From Eukaryota sp. TZLM1-RC (taxonomy: Eukaryota; Protista; Metamonada: BaSk clade): a stretch of DNA of 64,000 nucleotides. The stretch lies in NCBI GenBank assembly GCA_040285825.1, contig JAUPSS010000004.1, forward strand, positions 4,679,784-4,743,783. Direction: 5' to 3'. Numbering within the stretch: the stretch's first letter is position 1; every line of letters begins with the position of its first letter. The notes beneath the pieces were generated by a model. It was not told the DNA's origin. It saw only the letters and a list, made by a program, of their open reading frames with translations, and did not search any database. Shown piece after piece: positions 59,936 through 64,000 of this stretch. The translations under genes and the position numbers were made by a program.

Positions 59936-62900
59936 TGTTGCCTGTGGGCTAGACTCAGACATATATGTGAACAGATAGTAATTTTATTACGACGAGAAAT
60001 GAGCTATAGTGAATTTCAGTACCATCACTAGTGAGGTCTCCATGAATAAACAATGAAAATTAAGCTAATAAACAAGAACAAATAGATAAGTCTATCTACA
60101 CTCTAGAATAGTGTAAAGACTAACACTACTTCTTCCCCTCCTTTCGACGGTCTTTTCTAGCTCTTCTACGAGGTTGTTTGCGAGTAGGTTGACTAGTGGG
60201 GGGTCGTGACTTATTAGTCTGGAGGAAGGCTTGGTAGGCCTTGGTGTTCTTAATGCGGTCGACAGGCTCGGTGCCTCGTACATCTCCAGCGTATACGACT
60301 TGACACACGTCACCATCCTGGCTGAGAACTTCTAATAGAAGATGTTCCTCAGTATCACCTGAGGCCACGATACGATGAAACTCATCATCAGTGGGTTTGT
60401 CAGAATGGTACAATTTGCATTGTGAAATGCTAGCCTTAGATTCGACACCTGTGATTAAATTCTTTAATAATAAAGTTGATTTACTAGGTTTGTCGATGAC
60501 CAGATATGGGCCCAGATAATTCCCATGTAATTTGGAGTTACTAGATGATTTGAGGATTAAACATCCAACTTCGAATAGCAGGTTACTCGTGCTTGGCTTC
60601 TCCTCCGGCGATTTCGATGTTTGGGTGATTTCTGCTTTTTCTCGTTTTTCTTTCAATCGATTAAATTTAGATTGGATATCCAGAATGAAAGGAACCTCAG
60701 TGGTAGCCTTTTCGATGGTGAAGAAAATTGATAAAGGGTCAGCTCTGGGACTGACGTCTGACCCAAACATAAGCTCGAATGGACTGAAACCTGTGACAGA
60801 GCTCCTAGACGAATTCGTTAAGAGTTGTACGTAAGGTATGTATTCTGACCAGTTGTCATAGGCGTTAAAATCGATTAGGAGCTTCCTAAGATTTTGTAAA
60901 ATAACTCTATGAGGTCGTTCAACTAGGCCATTTGATTGACTGAAATTTGGAATACTGTTCGTCATGTCTATAGACAGGAATTCGCACAGTGATTTAAACA
61001 CGTTGTTGGCGAATTCCGGGCCGTTGTCACTGTGAATGCTGTAAGGTATACCAAAGATTGCGCACAAACTCCAAATCAAAGCGTCGGCTGTCAGCCTTGC
61101 GTTTAATATTTTGAGGGGCACGAGGATGGTATACCGAGTGAAACTGTCCACGAAAACTAAGATGTACTTATTGGCCTCTTGATCTGGAGGAAGAGGACCA
61201 ATGGTATCTACGTTCAATCTCGCGAAGGGTTTGTCAGCCCAGAGAGATCCGGTGGAAGGAGTGATAGATTTGGGGACAGGTGCCGTTTTCTGACATGATG
61301 GACAAGAACGCACGTGGTTCTTCATATCATCAGTCATATTGGGCCAGTAGTAGTCGCTAGAGGATAGCCTGCGTAAACTCTCAGACATACTAGGATGACC
61401 GCCTGATACATAACCATGTATGATCAAGAGCGTGTCGTTGATGAGTGATGACGGGATGATGATCTTGCCTGATTCGTTAACGTAGAGGTCAAGATGATTG
61501 ACGGAACAGTTATTAAATGAACGTTCGTGAGCTGCAACAGCTTGTCTTTGCTCTGAACGGATTCTACTCAACCAAGGATCGAACATGGGGATTGCAGATG
61601 TACATTTCTCTTTTAGAATGAGGATTTTGTGGGTATCCCCAAGGTCGTCTGGATCTGGAAGAGCGGAGTCGTCTGTTCATAGGTGGTCTCGCTCGCTGAT
61701 AAACGAGAGTTGCCTGTGTTGATTGTGTTTATGCGTACAGGATTGGTCGTTGGGACCTGTCTGGATAGTATGTCTGCCCAGTAGTTGTCTTCCCCCGAGG
61801 TGTGTACCAACTCGAAGTCGAATTCACTGAGTATTGGTAACCAACGTGTGACAATTCGATTCTTATCAGGGGCTGTTACCAGATATGAGAGGTTCTTGTG
61901 ATCTGTGAATATCGTGAGCTTCCTGCTTTTAAGGTAACTCTCGATGCATGATTCTGTTAGGATGAGAAGTATAGCGTAAAGCTCTTTCTGCATCGTTGAC
62001 CAATTCTTTTGGGAATTGGAGAGAATCCTGCTGAAGAAACTGATAGGTCTGACCTTACGGTCAATGAGAGGAGTGCCATTGTGTTCACAAGGATCATATT
62101 CTTCCCAAATGACGCCGCCAATAGCAATGTCTGATGCGTCACAACTGATAAGGACACGGTTATCTGCTGGGGATAAACTCAATGGCATATTCTCCTTTAC
62201 GAGCTGCTTAATTTTGTTGAAGCGGAGTTCATGATCTGAGGTCCACTCGATACGGCGAGGGTTTCCTCTGGTAAGCTCGATGATGGGTGATATGATTTCG
62301 GATACCGAAGGCAGCCAGTCTCTAATGTAGTTGATGGATCCTACAAAGCTTCTGACGTCTTTCACTGTCTTGGGAGCTGGAAGCTCGACTAGTCCAGTTA
62401 GTCGTGAGGGATCGATTTGGCGTGTACCGTTGACGAAGATACTACCAAGAATCTTGATTTCATGATCTTTAGACTTGAAATGGCATTTTGGTAGGCCAAG
62501 GCTGACCCGCTTCTCTTTAGCGCGGAAGAGGACGGCTTTGAGCCTGTCGATGAATTGAGGAAGGGTATTACCTATGATAATGATATCGTCGATGTAGATA
62601 AACACGCCTTCGATGCTAAAGATGTTGGACATTACATTTTGAAACACTGCGGGGACGTTCTTGAGACCGAAACATGCCCTGTTGAAGCTGATACTGCGAC
62701 CAGGAATGCTGAGGGTGGTTTTCTCGATGTCTCTTTCGTTGATCTTGAGTTGCCAAAATGCTTTTGGGAGATCAAGTGTTCCAATGTAATTGGCTTGAGA
62801 TAAGAACTCTAATACATCAGAGATCTTTGGAAGGTTTGGAGCAATGGGGATAGTGTTTGCATTGACTCCGTTCGGGCCACTGAAGTCGCCTGTAAGACGT

Positions 62901-64000
62901 GGTTTCCGATGATCCGGATAAACTACAAAAACGACTGGGGAGCTGAATCTACCGTTGGATTCTGTGGCGAAACCAGATTCGATTAACTCATCGAAGATTT
63001 GGTTGGCGATTTTGAGTCGTTCAGGGTTTAACCTGCGAGGTAGACGATAAACAACAGTGTCTTCATCGTAGAAATCGATGTCCATGGGGTTACAGTCGAT
63101 GCCGTCTTCATGGGGTTTCAACGTGAAAACATCTTTGAACTCTTCAAGAGTTGCGAGGAGCTGTTGATTTTCTGATTGATTGTTGAGCTTTATTTGACAA
63201 CCTGACGAGTTGACGTGATCTTTGAATGTTTTTGACACCTTGAGGTCAGATATCTGTGAAATTCTGTGGTCAAACTCAGATTCAGGTAACATTAGTGTTC
63301 TGTGAAGCTCATCGAGATGAATGTATACCCTGTCGTTGTTCATGAGGCCGAGTTCATATAGGATGTCTATTCCTATAATTAGAATGTTGTTGCCTGGAAC
63401 GATTGGTAACGATTTGGTAAGATGCACAACTTTGGCAATGCTACCGACATGGAAGGATAGGATTCCTTTGGCATTGCCATCAGAGTTTGATGGTTCTCCG
63501 TTAACACCAATGAATTTGACAGATTCAGAGCTGTGTTCCATCTTGCATTTTGTGGATAGGTCTCTTGAGATGACTGATATGGATGCTCCACTATCAATGA
63601 GACCAGATACCTCTATGTTATTAATCTGTAACCAGAGTTCTATAAACTTGGGACAATTAATTGATTTATTGGCACAAACAGAAGACAGACTAAATATTCT
63701 ATTGATAATCGAAGATTCAGCGTGGGGATCAGATGTGCTCAATGGATTTAGGAGGCGTTTGGAGGGATTTCGAGTGATTGTAGGGAAACAGCGAAAGGGG
63801 CTGTCCCTGATTTTGGTGGTGGACTCGAATGTTTTAGGCATGCTAAGAGAGTCGAAATCCACCGCGTTAGATGGGAGAAGGATGGGAAGAGAAGTGTCGA
63901 GATCCGAAACGGACAAATCTCCAGAGAGGGGTTTGGGGATGGAGGGATCAGGAGAGAGAACTTGACTCCTGGGTACCCAGAAAACGCATGGGTTACCGTC
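59936..64000 (-). mobile_element. Second Ty3/gypsy element (runs off window): PR-RT-RH 61613-63916, IN 60126-61586, 3' LTR 59936-60125
   Basis: IDSGA, YIDD, CDASD, DNGPEF. PPT aaggaggggaagaagtag abuts LTR TGTTAG...GCAACA. Inserted in the last array unit after ggcgttcacg. Confidence 0.95.

Overview
AT-rich eukaryotic DNA, very likely from a flagellated protist. Host genes include a CASC1/DNAI7-like dynein chain, an RSPH4/6-like radial spoke head and TCP1/CCT-alpha, and the two introns I could define are only 27-30 nt. Roughly two thirds of the window is mobile or repeated DNA. (1) At least three families of CRE-like non-LTR retrotransposons (RT + CCHC + restriction-like endonuclease, RLE), including two tandem arrays: ~3.5 x 1082 bp at 7.1-10.8 kb and 6 x ~1447 bp RT-less endonuclease ORFs at 51.4-59.9 kb. 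(2) Two Ty3/gypsy elements and a third LTR-like insert, all nested in one non-LTR family. (3) A TA-flanked MITE. (4) A ~4.7 kb inverted segmental duplication carrying a secreted poly-Asn protein and a cytochrome b5-domain ORF. The most notable signal is not evident in the ORF track: several decayed Fanzor (eukaryotic TnpB-family RNA-guided nuclease) genes. In the best-preserved one (17.3-19.65 kb, minus strand), a family-B-DNA-polymerase-type DEDDy 3'-5' exonuclease domain runs in frame into the Fanzor N-terminus. A second, diverged relic (1.3-2.45 kb) shows the same exonuclease-then-Fanzor order, suggesting a mobile exonuclease-Fanzor fusion family. All family assignments come from manual translation and motif recognition; no database searches were run.
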